Origin: Acidobacteriota bacterium
GTDB taxonomy: Bacteria > Acidobacteriota > UBA6911 > RPQK01 > JAJDTT01
Assembly (NCBI GenBank): GCA_965209055.1
Contig: OZ242374.1
Location: forward strand, 3,584,001-3,648,000
Length of the DNA stretch: 64,000 bases
Direction: 5' to 3'
The notes beneath the pieces were generated by a model. It was not told the DNA's origin. It saw only the letters and a list, made by a program, of their open reading frames with translations, and searched no databases. The translations under genes were made by a program, and so were the position numbers. Positions 19,180 to 29,405 of the stretch are shown here, in pieces. How positions within the stretch are numbered: the first letter of the stretch is position 1; each line of letters starts with the position of its first letter.

Positions 19180-19204
19180 GGCTGGCGGACCGAAGCGCTC
19201 CGGC

Positions 19205-20083
19205 TCAGAGGGAGCGGACGTCCGCCGAGTCCCTCAGTCCATCGCCGATGAAATTGACGGCCAGCACGGTCAGCGCGATGGCGGCCCCGGGCGCCATCCA
19301 GAGCCAGGGCATGCCGGCCAGGACCGTGGGAGATTGGGCCTCGTTGAGCATCCCGCCCCAACTCGGCGTGGGTGGGGGGACTCCCAGGCCCAGAAAGCTG
19401 AGGGCCGCCTCCAGCAGGATGGCGTTGGCGAACCCGAAAGTGGCGATGACGCTCAGTGGGCCCACGGTGTTGGGCAGGATGTGCCGCAGGATGACGCGGG
19501 CGTGGCCGTTGCCCAGGGAGCGGGCCGCCACGATGAACTCCTTCTCCCGGAGCACCAGGACCTCTCCCCGCACGACCCGGCAGGTGCTGGACCAGCCCAG
19601 CAGCCCGATGACCAGGGTGACCGAGGCGAGACTGGGACCCAGGAGGGACACGAACAGCATCACCATGAGCAGGACCGGGATGCTCATCATGACTTCGGTG
19701 GCCCTCATGACGGCCTGATCGACGGGACCGCCCGAATATCCCGCCAGCGCTCCCAGCAGCGAACCGATCAGCGTGGAGAGGGCGACCGCCAGGATTCCCA
19801 CGGTCAGCGAGGTGCGGCTGCCGTGGATCACGCGGCTCCAGACGTCCCTTCCGATCAGATCCGTTCCCAGCCAATGGACCGAGTCGGGCGCCTGGTTGAG
19901 ATGCTCGAGTTCCGTGTGGAAGGGGTCGTGCCGGCCCACCCAGGGAGCCAGAAGGGCGGCCAGGATGATGACTCCCAGGAATGCCGCACCGCCGCAGGCG
20001 AGCCGGTGGCGGAGGAATCGCGCCCAGGGGCCGGGACCCCGGCGGGTTCTCGCCGGTCTCTGTTCGTCTCGGGTCAGATCCAT
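19205..20083 (-). CDS. Peptide/nickel ABC transporter permease (DppC-like)
   Basis: HWLGTDLIGRD, EFIVAARSLG, HILPN, LSFLGLG..PPTPSWG. Start ATG 20083. Confidence 0.93.
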   Translation of the reverse strand: MDLTRDEQRPARTRRGPGPWARFLRHRLACGGAAFLGVIILAALLAPWVGRHDPFHTELEHLNQAPDSVHWLGTDLIGRDVWSRVIHGSRTSLTVGILAVALSTLIGSLLGALAGYSGGPVDQAVMRATEVMMSIPVLLMVMLFVSLLGPSLASVTLVIGLLGWSSTCRVVRGEVLVLREKEFIVAARSLGNGHARVILRHILPNTVGPLSVIATFGFANAILLEAALSFLGLGVPPPTPSWGGMLNEAQSPTVLAGMPWLWMAPGAAIALTVLAVNFIGDGLRDSADVRSL

Positions 20084-21057
20084 GTCTTCTGCTTCTGAGT
20101 GAGACGGACTCTCGGGTCGGCGACGGCGTAGGCGATGTCGGCCGCGAGAGTGCTGATCAGGACTCCGACCCCCACCACCAGGACCACTCCCATGAGCATG
20201 GAGGGGTCGCGGTCCGCAGCCGCCCGGACGGCCATGAATCCCATCCCCGGCCAGGCGAAGACCTGTTCCGTGATCACCGCTCCCACCACCAACTCCGGCA
20301 GCAGGAATCCCAGGACGCTGATGATGGGGATGAGGGCGTTCCTCAGGACGTGCCGCAGGAAGACGACCCGCCGGGACAAACCCTTGCCGCGGGCCGTGGT
20401 CACGTGGTCCTCGCGCAGAACCTCCAGCAGGCTGCTCCTGGTGTGGCGCATCAGCAATGCCGCGTTCCGCAGTCCCAGGACCGTGGCCGGCAGCACCAGG
20501 TGCCGTAACTGATCGGCCAGGTTGGGGATGGCGCCCAGGGTCGCCATCCCTCCCGTCGGAAGCAGCCGCAGATGGACACCGAACAGGTAGATGGCCAGCA
20601 GGCCCAGAAAAAAGGTCGGGGTCGAGATCAGGAGCATGGTGAAGGAACTGAGGGCGTAGTCCAGCCGCGAGTGTTGCTTGAGCGCGGCCAGCGCGCCGAA
20701 TGGAACACCCAGGACGATACCGAACAGCAGGGCCGCCCCCATGAGTTTCAGGCTGACGGGTAGACGGGTCCGAAGCTCGTCGCCCACCGACCGGCGGGTC
20801 GCCACCGAGTAACCCAGATCCCCTTGGACCAGGCCCGACAGCCACCTGACGTATTGGACGGGGATCGGTTGATCCAGACCCAGCTCGCGGCGGCGCTCCT
20901 CGATCCATTCCGGCGACTGCTGAGCCAGGATGCTGGGATCGATCCGGGCCAGAATCGGGTCTCCGGGAGCGAGGGCCAGGGCCGCGAAGGCGACGAAGGT
21001 GATCCCCAACAGGACCGGGATCGCGATGAGCAGGCGGCGGAGCAGGTAACGGCCCAT
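20074..21057 (-). CDS. Peptide/nickel ABC transporter permease (DppB-like)
   Basis: YLLRRLL, GLDQP, GDLGYS, TARGKGL, HVLRNALIP, ADPRVR. Confidence 0.94.
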   Translation of the reverse strand: MGRYLLRRLLIAIPVLLGITFVAFAALALAPGDPILARIDPSILAQQSPEWIEERRRELGLDQPIPVQYVRWLSGLVQGDLGYSVATRRSVGDELRTRLPVSLKLMGAALLFGIVLGVPFGALAALKQHSRLDYALSSFTMLLISTPTFFLGLLAIYLFGVHLRLLPTGGMATLGAIPNLADQLRHLVLPATVLGLRNAALLMRHTRSSLLEVLREDHVTTARGKGLSRRVVFLRHVLRNALIPIISVLGFLLPELVVGAVITEQVFAWPGMGFMAVRAAADRDPSMLMGVVLVVGVGVLISTLAADIAYAVADPRVRLTQKQKTWI

Positions 21058-21067
21058 GGATGGTCCG

Positions 21068-22687
21068 CTAAGGATTCAGGGTCCAGGTCTCGACGTTGCC
21101 GAATGTCCGGCGTGCGTCACGGTGCAGAGCGAAGCCTCCCCCCAGCCGCCGGTGACGCGCGTGGACCTCGTCGAGCGCCCAGAGAGGCATGATGGGCAGA
21201 TCCCGGTTCAGCAGGCGGGCGGCCTGGAAGTAGATCTCGCGCCGCCGGTCCGGGTCCACGGTGGCCGTCGCTTCCTCGAAGTAACGATCCAGGTCGCAAT
21301 TGGTATAGCCGTACTGCCAATCGTGCCGTTGGCAGTTGAAGTAGGTGGAGGTCACATGAGGCCCAAGGCCGTAGGCGCCGCCGTGGGAGCCGGACATCTC
21401 GTAGGTGTCCCGCTGCTCGTAGCGGCGGGCGATGTACGCCGTCGACTCCATGGCATGCAACTCCAACCTCAGGCCCAGGGCTCTCAACTGCTGCCCGATG
21501 ATGGGATAGATCTGAGCCGCGCTGGGATAGGTCTGGTCGTAGATGAGGCGAAGGGGTGTTGCCGTGTCGAAGCCCGATGCCCTCAGCAATCTCTTTGCCC
21601 TTTCCAGGTCATACTCGTAGGGGTCCAGTCTCGCGTCCGGCTCCATGCCCAGCGGGATCCCATCCATGGGTTTGGCCCGGCCCCGGAAGAGGGTCCGGGC
21701 GACGAGCTTCCGGTCGATGGCGCAGTAGATGGCCTGGCGCAAGCGCCGGTCCTGAACCACGGGGCGGTCCAGGGGAAATCCTACCGAGATCATGCCGATG
21801 CCGGGACGGGTCGTCGTCTCCAGATGGGACAGTTCCGCCAATCGGTCGTAGTCCAGCAACTGAAGCCGCATTCCCAGGTCCAGCTCGCCGCTCTCCAATT
21901 GCGCCACCGTCACCTCGGGCCGGAGACGCTTCATGTAGACCTTGCGGATCGAAGGAGCGCCCCGGAAGTAGTCCGGGTTCGACTCCAACTCCACGTAGAG
22001 ATCGGTCAGGTATTTCACGAAACGAAAGGGGCCGGTGCCCACTGGACGAGTGGTGGTGAAGGAAGCCGACTGCACGGCGTCCGGCTCGATTCCCGCCAGG
22101 AGGTGAGCCGGCATGATCACCATGGACGGTTCGGCGAGCTTCTGCAGGAACGTGACGTCGGGTCCCCGAAGCGTGATTCGGACCGTGAAGTCGTCGAGTG
22201 CCTCCAGACCCTCCAGCCTGTCGGAGTTTCCGTCCTCGTAGGATTCCGCTCCGGCGATCGCCCCGGCGTACTTGACGTACCGGTAGGGCTCCAGGAGTTG
22301 ACGGCTGAAGCTGAACACCACGTCCCGGGCCGTGAAGGGTTCGCCGTCGTGCCAGTGGACGTTTTGCCGCAAGCGGAACGTGAAGATGCGGGCGTCGGGC
22401 GAAACCTCCCAACTCTCGGCCAGGTCGGGAAGTACGGTCGCCAGATTCGGACCGAGCCGCACCAGTTTGTTGAAGACGAGAAAGAAAATGACGGCCTGAC
22501 TGAAGGTTTCGTATCCGGACGGGTGCCACATGGGCGTCAGATCACCCTGCCACGCGAAACGGAGGCTCTCGGAACGGTCGGCGCCGGTGTCGGGAACAAC
22601 GCCCGGGTCGATCCCGGGGGCGCACGACGAGGTCCACGCCAGCAGAACGGCCAGTTTGGCCACCAGGAGGCTGCGGTTACGAATCAT
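21068..22687 (-). CDS. ABC transporter substrate-binding lipoprotein, family 5
   Basis: Lipobox WTSSC, PDLAESWEVS, WHDGEPFTARDV, VGTGPF, LRQAI. Confidence 0.93.
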   Translation of the reverse strand: MIRNRSLLVAKLAVLLAWTSSCAPGIDPGVVPDTGADRSESLRFAWQGDLTPMWHPSGYETFSQAVIFFLVFNKLVRLGPNLATVLPDLAESWEVSPDARIFTFRLRQNVHWHDGEPFTARDVVFSFSRQLLEPYRYVKYAGAIAGAESYEDGNSDRLEGLEALDDFTVRITLRGPDVTFLQKLAEPSMVIMPAHLLAGIEPDAVQSASFTTTRPVGTGPFRFVKYLTDLYVELESNPDYFRGAPSIRKVYMKRLRPEVTVAQLESGELDLGMRLQLLDYDRLAELSHLETTTRPGIGMISVGFPLDRPVVQDRRLRQAIYCAIDRKLVARTLFRGRAKPMDGIPLGMEPDARLDPYEYDLERAKRLLRASGFDTATPLRLIYDQTYPSAAQIYPIIGQQLRALGLRLELHAMESTAYIARRYEQRDTYEMSGSHGGAYGLGPHVTSTYFNCQRHDWQYGYTNCDLDRYFEEATATVDPDRRREIYFQAARLLNRDLPIMPLWALDEVHARHRRLGGGFALHRDARRTFGNVETWTLNP

Positions 22688-23819
22688 CGGCGGGCGGAGA
22701 GCCGTCCTTTGCGGTGGCGCGGTAGAAGGTGGTGCCGTCGGGCTTTTGCCACTGGAACGGCGGGCTCGTCTCGCGATCCTGAAGGGGCAATTGGAGTTTG
22801 ACGTTGCCTCTCCGGGAGGATTCGTGGGTCGCCAGGATCAGCTCCAGGGCATTCCGGGCCGTGATTCCGTTGGAGAGGGGCTCGCGGCCTGTTTCCACCG
22901 CCTCCAGCAGGTCTTCCAGCAGGTAAACCATGGGCGCGGTATGGTGCATCATCTGGGGGAAGGGGTGTTCCAGGAGCTCCCGGAACACGCTCCCGGAGTT
23001 GGTCTTCCGGAGGCGGACTTCGGTGGTCCCGATGCTGAGCACGCCCTTGGTGCCGTTCACCTCCACCCGGTAGCCGGCATGACTGTCCCTGCCGTTGAAG
23101 AACGCCCGAATCCCATTCGGATACACGGCATAGAGGCTGCCGCCCAGATCCCGTCCCCGCTGCGTGGGAATGGCCACCATGGATATTTCGGGATCTTCCG
23201 AGTGTCCCACGACCCACACCGGCGGTTTGTCTCCAGCCAGGCAGTTCACCAGGTCGAACCAGTGGGTTCCCGACAGGAAAAGACGGCCGGGCCAGGTGGC
23301 GACGATGCTGAGGACCTGCCCGATTCCCCCCTCGTCCAGGAGGCGGCGGGAACGGAGGATCAGAGGGTCGCCTCTGCGGGTGTGGTTGACGGCCAGGCTG
23401 GTGCCGCTCTCACGGCAGGACGCGATCATCCGGTCGGCCAGAGCCAGCGTGGTGGTGAAGGGTTTCTCGCAGAAAATGCCCTTCACGCCGTTGCCGGCGC
23501 AGTCGACGACCTGGGAAGCGTGGAAATCCGGAGGGCTGGCGATGGCGACGATCTCGGGACGCTCGGCCTCGAGCATCTCGCGGTGGTCCGAATAGAGGGC
23601 ATCGACCCCCCATCGTTTCCCGAAGTCCTCCAAGCGTTCCCCGTCCGGATCCGCACCCGCCACCAACCGGGTGCGCGGATGGGTCTTCAGGATCTCCGCG
23701 TGTCCGAAAGGAAGCAGGATTCGGCCCGGCGCGTCCTGGAGCTCGTCCATGCAGTAGCTGCCCATGGAGCCGCAACCGATGAGGGCGGCCGAGTAGATCT
23801 TCCCGGGGTCGTGCACCAT
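22677..23819 (-). CDS. Gfo/Idh/MocA family oxidoreductase
   Basis: ALIGCGSMG, FCEKP, VNHTRR, GTHWFD. Confidence 0.9.
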   Translation of the reverse strand: MVHDPGKIYSAALIGCGSMGSYCMDELQDAPGRILLPFGHAEILKTHPRTRLVAGADPDGERLEDFGKRWGVDALYSDHREMLEAERPEIVAIASPPDFHASQVVDCAGNGVKGIFCEKPFTTTLALADRMIASCRESGTSLAVNHTRRGDPLILRSRRLLDEGGIGQVLSIVATWPGRLFLSGTHWFDLVNCLAGDKPPVWVVGHSEDPEISMVAIPTQRGRDLGGSLYAVYPNGIRAFFNGRDSHAGYRVEVNGTKGVLSIGTTEVRLRKTNSGSVFRELLEHPFPQMMHHTAPMVYLLEDLLEAVETGREPLSNGITARNALELILATHESSRRGNVKLQLPLQDRETSPPFQWQKPDGTTFYRATAKDGSPPADDS

Positions 23820-23947
23820 GTTCGTCAGGCTCCCGAATTCAGAGGAGAAGAGTCCGTCTCAGGGCGATTCATCATATTGGATCGAGGACGGCTGCGCGAG
23901 TCCCAATGCCAAGCCTCGAAGCCACGGGGTGTGGTCAACCAGGACTG

Positions 23948-23976
23948 TTGACCGGGCCCCGGTGGTTGGATATCTT
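23948..23976 (+). promoter_or_regulatory. Putative sigma70 promoter
   Basis: TTGACC-17 bp-TATCTT upstream of the class III aminotransferase. Confidence 0.5.
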
Positions 23977-24047
23977 TCGCTTCAATACCGGCGTGAAGTC
24001 TTACTTGAAGTCATTGGAAAAGATCAGGCAACTTAGGAGATAGTAAA

Positions 24048-25409
24048 TTGCAAATAGTTAACAAAAAAGGAAATAAAAGAATCCTGGGTCAGAAGATGTA
24101 CGACCGGGCCCGGGAGCTCATCCCAGGCGCGACGCAGCTTTACGGCAAGCGCCAGGAGATGACCGCTCCGGGGCAATGGCCAGCCTATTTCACTGAGGCC
24201 CGGGGCTGTGAGACGGTGGACCCGGACGGAAATCACTACATCGACATGTCCATGTGCGGCATCGGCGCCACACTCTTGGGCTATGCCGATCCTGATGTCA
24301 CCGAAGCGGTGATCCGGCGGGTCCGCAATGGCTGCATGTCTTCCTTGAATCCTCCCGACGAGGTGGAATTGGCCGAGTTGGTGCTGGAGCTCCACCCTTG
24401 GGCTCAAATGGTCCGGTTCGGGCGCCTCGGTGGAGAAAGCATGACCATCGCGGTGCGGATCGCCCGGGCCTATACCGGACGGGACAAGGTGGCCTTCTGC
24501 GGCTACCACGGTTGGCACGACTGGTATCTGGCCGCCAACATTCCGGTGGACGCCAGCGAGGAGACGGTGGACCGGTTGGGAGGCGGGCACCTGATGCCGG
24601 GATTGGAACCGGCCGGAGTGCCCAGCGGACTCGCCGGCACCGCCATGCCCTTCACCTACAACCGGATCGAGGAACTCAGGGCCATCGTGGACCGGCACGG
24701 CTCGAATCTGGCCGCCATCGTCATGGAGCCGACGCGCAACTTCGATCCCGATCCCGGTTTTCTGGAAGAGATTCGTGAACTGGCCACCCGCTGCGGAGCC
24801 TGTCTGATCATGGACGAGATCACCATCGGCTGGCGGCTGTGGTTGGGAGGCGCCCATCTCAAATATGGGCTGGAGCCTGATATGGCGGTTTTCGCCAAGA
24901 CCACCGGAAACGGGCATCCCCTCTCGGCGGTGGTGGGCCGGCGCGACATCATGCAGGCCGCCCAGAACAGCTTCATCTCCAGCGCGCTCTGGACGGAGGC
25001 GGTGGGTCCGACGGCCGCGCTGGCCACCATCCGCAAGTTCCAGCGGGTGGACGTTCGTTCACACGTGGCCCGGATCGGGGAGGCGGCGCGGCAGGGACTG
25101 AAGGAGCTGGCAGACCGATGCGGCGTTCCCTTCGGCGCCACCGGTCATCCGGCTCTCACCTTCTACCATTTCGACCACCCTGAAGCGGCCGCTCTCCAGA
25201 CCCTTTGGACCGTGCGCATGCTGGATTTGGGTTTCCTCGTGGCGGGCGGCTTCTATCCCACGTTTGCCCACCAGGAGACGCATGTGGAGCAGTTCCTGGA
25301 GGCCTGCGAGCCGGTTTTCCAGGAACTGGCTGAGGCGATTCAGAAGGGGGATATCGAGCCGCGGATCGGCGGTCCGGTGAAACACACCGGGTTCCGGCGG
25401 CTCGTTTAG
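24048..25409 (+). CDS. Class III PLP aminotransferase (glutamate-1-semialdehyde aminomutase-like)
   Basis: YHGWHDW, IMDEITIGWR, AVFAKTTGNGHP. AGGAG RBS before TTG 24048 (alternative ATG 24096). Confidence 0.9.
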   Translation: MQIVNKKGNKRILGQKMYDRARELIPGATQLYGKRQEMTAPGQWPAYFTEARGCETVDPDGNHYIDMSMCGIGATLLGYADPDVTEAVIRRVRNGCMSSLNPPDEVELAELVLELHPWAQMVRFGRLGGESMTIAVRIARAYTGRDKVAFCGYHGWHDWYLAANIPVDASEETVDRLGGGHLMPGLEPAGVPSGLAGTAMPFTYNRIEELRAIVDRHGSNLAAIVMEPTRNFDPDPGFLEEIRELATRCGACLIMDEITIGWRLWLGGAHLKYGLEPDMAVFAKTTGNGHPLSAVVGRRDIMQAAQNSFISSALWTEAVGPTAALATIRKFQRVDVRSHVARIGEAARQGLKELADRCGVPFGATGHPALTFYHFDHPEAAALQTLWTVRMLDLGFLVAGGFYPTFAHQETHVEQFLEACEPVFQELAEAIQKGDIEPRIGGPVKHTGFRRLV

Positions 25410-25414
25410 TCCAG

Positions 25415-25500
25415 AGGGGCGACTTCCAGTCGCCCACGCTTTCTCCGGAGGGAGTCCGGCGGTTAGGAAAGGGAGTCCGGCGGTTAGGAAACCGCCGCTC
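25415..25500. repeat. Composite REP pair with a 21-bp local duplication, between convergent genes
   Basis: Type B GGGCGACTTCCAGTCGCCC at 25417-25435. GGGAGTCCGGCGGTTAGGAAA duplicated at 25450-25470 and 25471-25491, the second copy completing the type A palindrome. Confidence 0.8.
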
Positions 25501-25510
25501 CCGCTCCCGC

Positions 25511-26830
25511 TCAACCCGCCTGGATGGTCCGCTTCACCGGATCGAAGGTCATGCGCCTTCCGGCCCAGTAGGCATCGTTGGACATGATGCAAGCGATGGA
25601 ATGGGCGTAACCGTGGTCGACGTTGCAGTAGAGCCTCTTGGCGTCCCGCTGGCGAACCGCATCGAGCCAATTGGCCATGTGGCTGACTTCGCCCGGAGCA
25701 TCGGGCACCTCGACCATGTCGGCAATCTTCCCGTCGGCTTTGACGCCCTTGCCGGTGAATCGCCAACCGTGAGACGGATCGGCGTTGGGCTCCTCCTTGC
25801 CCTGTTTCCAGTCCATCCCGCCGCCGGGTGAAAAGCTGCCCAGGGTCCCGTGGACCTGCGTCGCCTTCCCGTAGCCGTTGATGAGATTGGTGGAGTAGAC
25901 GGCCAGGAGTTTCTTGCCGTCCTTCTCATATTCCAGGGCCGCTTCCAAGGTGTCGGGATTCTCTCTCCAGTCCTTGTACCGGTAGATGCCGCCGTGGGCC
26001 ACGGCGCTCAACGGCGTCGTCACCCCGGCCAACATGTGGGCCAAGTCGATGCCGTGAGTCATCCACTGGTCGATGATGCCGCTGGAGAAGTCCTTCCAGA
26101 GGCGGAAGCAGCGGAAGATCCTGGCGTCGAAAGGACGATCCGGTCTTCCCATGAGCCAGCTCTTCCAATCCACGTCGCTCTCTTTGACCATGGCGCGCTG
26201 CTCGGCTCGCCCGGCCCAACGGTAGGGGCTGTAGGCGTTCCAGAGGATATCCACCTTGACCACGTCGCCGATGATGCCGTCGGCGATCATCTCGGCCGCC
26301 TGCCGGTACTTGGGCCAGGAGCGCCTCTGGGTCCCGATCTGAACGATGGTTCCGGCCTCCTTGACCGCGTCGAGGGCGTCGTTGGCCTCTGCCAGGACAT
26401 TGGACATGGGTTTTTCGCAGTAGGCGTCCTTGCCGGCCTTGGCGGCCGCCGTCAGGACCTGGGCGTGGGCGTGGTCGGGAGTGGCGATGATGACGGCGTC
26501 CACGTCGGCGTCGGCCAGGATCTCTTCGTGGTGACGGTAAACCTTGGGAGCCTGTCCCTGGTTCTCCGTCACGAACTTGGAGGCCTTGTCCCGATGGTAG
26601 CTCCAGAGATCGGCGATCGCCGTCAGGTGAGCGTTGAAGCGATTGTTGTCGGCAAAAAAGTTCTTGAGGAGGCTTGTGCCGCGGCCGCCCGGACCCACGA
26701 TCCCCACGTTGAGCCGGTTGTTCACGTTGCGGGCGCTGGCGATTCCGGGGAAACCGGCGACGGCCAATCCTGCCCCCGCTCCTGCGGAACGAGACAGAAA
26801 CCGACGGCGGCTGATGGATGACTTGCTCAT
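25511..26830 (-). CDS. Tat-exported Gfo/Idh/MocA oxidoreductase
   Basis: SRRRFL leader, VGIVGPGGRG, IATPDHAH, YCEKPM, QIGTQRRS. Confidence 0.92.
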   Translation of the reverse strand: MSKSSISRRRFLSRSAGAGAGLAVAGFPGIASARNVNNRLNVGIVGPGGRGTSLLKNFFADNNRFNAHLTAIADLWSYHRDKASKFVTENQGQAPKVYRHHEEILADADVDAVIIATPDHAHAQVLTAAAKAGKDAYCEKPMSNVLAEANDALDAVKEAGTIVQIGTQRRSWPKYRQAAEMIADGIIGDVVKVDILWNAYSPYRWAGRAEQRAMVKESDVDWKSWLMGRPDRPFDARIFRCFRLWKDFSSGIIDQWMTHGIDLAHMLAGVTTPLSAVAHGGIYRYKDWRENPDTLEAALEYEKDGKKLLAVYSTNLINGYGKATQVHGTLGSFSPGGGMDWKQGKEEPNADPSHGWRFTGKGVKADGKIADMVEVPDAPGEVSHMANWLDAVRQRDAKRLYCNVDHGYAHSIACIMSNDAYWAGRRMTFDPVKRTIQAG

Positions 26831-26955
26831 GACGACTCCTTTTTTCCGGTGCATGGCTCCCGGTCCGAGGGCGCTCGAAGACGGGATTAAGACGATTATG
26901 GACGCCGGCCCCTGCGGTCGACTGCCGCCATGGTAGCGGAACCGGCGCCGGAGGA

Positions 26956-28194
26956 TCAAGCCTCCGCGGCGAGCCTGGCCACGGTGGCCCAGAGTCCCGA
27001 GGGGAGGTATTTGTCCCATCCCGACCAGCTCTCGATGGAGGTGGACTCCCAGAGGACGACGGCCCGGGCTCCCGCTTCACCAGCCGCCCGAACACCCGCT
27101 TCCAACCGCGCCGAACCCTCCACGAGTCCGAGCTGGTCCATGTTGTAGCAGTAGAGTCCGGCCAGGATGCCGCTTCCGCCGCCGGACGAGCGCCTGGCGT
27201 GGCGGATCTGGCGTTTCACCTCCTCCGTGTCGAGGCGGGCCAGATTCCATTCGGGCAACATGATGTGCGCCTCCCGGCACAGGCCCCCGGCGAGCCACGA
27301 CGTCCAGTCCACCAGCGCGCCCCGCAAGGCGTCGGTCCGGATCCTCCAGAGGCTCGTCTCCTCCAGGAGTCCGTCACGGACGTAGCGGGGCCAGTCGGGA
27401 AGGACCTGGCTGAGCGGGCTCTCCGGCGACACCAGTACGCTCACCGGGTATTCGCCACTGCTGTTCCTCGGCTGCCGGTTGAGCTCCGCCATGAACCGGG
27501 TGACGTACCCGGCCCGGTGCCGGATCCAGGCATCGCTGTGGTTGGGCTGCTCCCTGGGATCGACTCCGTGGGTCCGCCGGTAACTCTCCAGGGCAGGCTC
27601 CTCATAGCCGTAACGGCAGACGCCGTGGAGGTCCAGTTGCGGAGGCAGGTTCTCGTCGATCCGGGGCAACTGGCGGACGAAATCCAGCAGAACGCCCCGG
27701 AAGCCGTAGGACATGAGCTCTTCGACCACGGCCAGCTTGTGGCGGCGCACCTCCGGATAGGCGAAGCTGAGCCGGGAGGATCTGCGATGACCGTCCCGGG
27801 CCACCGCGTGGAACTCCGGATGCTCCCGGGCAAAGCGGGTCAGCGAAACCTGGCCGTGGGACTCTTCGTAGGGGCTGTACCAGGCCCAGGGCTCCAAACC
27901 GGCTCCGAGTGTGCACTCCACGGCCTCTTCCAGCAGGTTCCAGGTCGAGTAGTCGGTTTCGGCCAGGGTGACCTTCCAGTATTCGGGGACCTCGCACGCT
28001 TCCCGGTCCTCACCCCGAAAGGTGTCCTCGAGACGGCTGGGGTAGAAGACCCGGGAGCCGCAGTTGGCTCGCCAGTAGACCCTGCGGATTCCTGCGGCGG
28101 CGCAGGCGTCCGCGATCCTGCGGACTCCGACCCTCCCCCAATTGCCCCAGGCGGCGGCCCAATCGGGGTGCGTGACGACGGTGTCGATGATCAT
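26956..28194 (-). CDS. Glycoside-hydrolase-like (GHL10/DUF187-like) TIM-barrel protein
   Basis: AGIRRVYWR, FAREHPEF, LSFAYPEVR, YGFRGVLLDFVR, DWTSW. Confidence 0.7.
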   Translation of the reverse strand: MIIDTVVTHPDWAAAWGNWGRVGVRRIADACAAAGIRRVYWRANCGSRVFYPSRLEDTFRGEDREACEVPEYWKVTLAETDYSTWNLLEEAVECTLGAGLEPWAWYSPYEESHGQVSLTRFAREHPEFHAVARDGHRRSSRLSFAYPEVRRHKLAVVEELMSYGFRGVLLDFVRQLPRIDENLPPQLDLHGVCRYGYEEPALESYRRTHGVDPREQPNHSDAWIRHRAGYVTRFMAELNRQPRNSSGEYPVSVLVSPESPLSQVLPDWPRYVRDGLLEETSLWRIRTDALRGALVDWTSWLAGGLCREAHIMLPEWNLARLDTEEVKRQIRHARRSSGGGSGILAGLYCYNMDQLGLVEGSARLEAGVRAAGEAGARAVVLWESTSIESWSGWDKYLPSGLWATVARLAAEA

Positions 28195-28198
28195 CGAT

Positions 28199-29260
28199 TC
28201 AAGTGAGCGCCGGGTCGGCTCCCAGCTCCCGGAAATCGCGGATCAGGGCATCCACGTCCTCGTTCCGGGTGTCCCAACTGCACATGAAGCGGGCGGCGCC
28301 GCCGGGCATGATTCCCACCGTCCAGCCCCGATTCCTGAGGGCCGCCGCCAGGGCGGGCCGGAGCCGAACGAACACGCCGTTGGCTTCCCGGGGATAGGCG
28401 ATGGAGATGCCCTCCAGCCGTCTCAGGCCCCGCTCCAGCCGGGCGGCGCAGGCGTTGGCGTGCCGGGCGTTGCGAAGCCAGGCGCCGCTCTTGAGCAGGG
28501 CCGTCCAGGGCGCCGACAGGAAACGCATCTTGGAAGCGACTTGGCCCGATTGCTTCCAACGGTACTCGAAGCCCGAGGCCAGCTCCCGATCGAAGAAGAC
28601 CACGGCCTCCCCCTGGGGCAGTCCGTTCTTGGTGCAGCCGAAGGAGAGGACGTCGACCCCCGCTCTCCAGGTCGTGTCGGCCGGCTCGCAACCCAGGTGG
28701 ACCAGGGCGTTCGCCAGACGGGCCCCGTCCATGTGGACGCGGAGCCCCAGTTCCCGGCAAAGACGCGAGATCTCCCGCAGCCGCTCCAGGCTGTAGACGG
28801 TTCCCGCCTCCGTGGCCTGGGTCAGGCTGACGAGCCGCGGCGCGGGATACTGGAAGTCGCGGGTCCGAGTCTCGACCGCGTTCCGGATGCCGGCGGCGTC
28901 CAGTTTCCCGTGCTCTCCGGGTAGGGGCAGCACTTTGGAGCCGCCGCTGAAGAACTCGGGCCCGCCGCATTCCCCCAGGTCGAGATGGGCTGTCTCATGG
29001 CAGATGGCCAGCTCATAGCTGCGGCAGAGGTGAGCCACGGCCAGCGAATTGGCGGCCGAACCGGTGAAGACGAAGTAGACGAGGCAATCGGTGGCGAAAA
29101 TGTCCTGAATCGCGGCGCGCGCCTCCTGGGTATGGGAGTCGAAGCCGTAGGCGGGAGCGTGTCCCCGATTGGCGCGGTCCAGCGCCTCCCAGGCTTCGGG
29201 GCAGATTCCCGCATTCGTGTCGCTCGCGAAACCGCGAATCCGGCTATTCCGTATCGTCAT
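28199..29260 (-). CDS. ltaE: Low-specificity L-threonine aldolase
   Basis: FASDTNAG, FTGSAAN, TQATEAGTVY, HMDGARLANA, SFGCTKNG, SKMRF. Confidence 0.9.
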   Translation of the reverse strand: MTIRNSRIRGFASDTNAGICPEAWEALDRANRGHAPAYGFDSHTQEARAAIQDIFATDCLVYFVFTGSAANSLAVAHLCRSYELAICHETAHLDLGECGGPEFFSGGSKVLPLPGEHGKLDAAGIRNAVETRTRDFQYPAPRLVSLTQATEAGTVYSLERLREISRLCRELGLRVHMDGARLANALVHLGCEPADTTWRAGVDVLSFGCTKNGLPQGEAVVFFDRELASGFEYRWKQSGQVASKMRFLSAPWTALLKSGAWLRNARHANACAARLERGLRRLEGISIAYPREANGVFVRLRPALAAALRNRGWTVGIMPGGAARFMCSWDTRNEDVDALIRDFRELGADPALT

Positions 29261-29405
29261 GTCGACTCCGTGCGTTTCGCCGTGCGAGAGGATTCAGCAT
29301 GCTTCCCGGGGTTTCTTGACACGACATGGGGCTTGATAGAGCATTTGCGCAATTCGCATTTCCAAGACGGACCGCGAAGGGCTGGTACGCAGGCGCAGAG
29401 GGCTC

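Noticed and set aside
24048-25409. Calling this gene hemL
   Set aside because: YHGWHDW and the N-terminus fit the GSA-like paralogs rather than canonical HemL, and there is no tetrapyrrole context.
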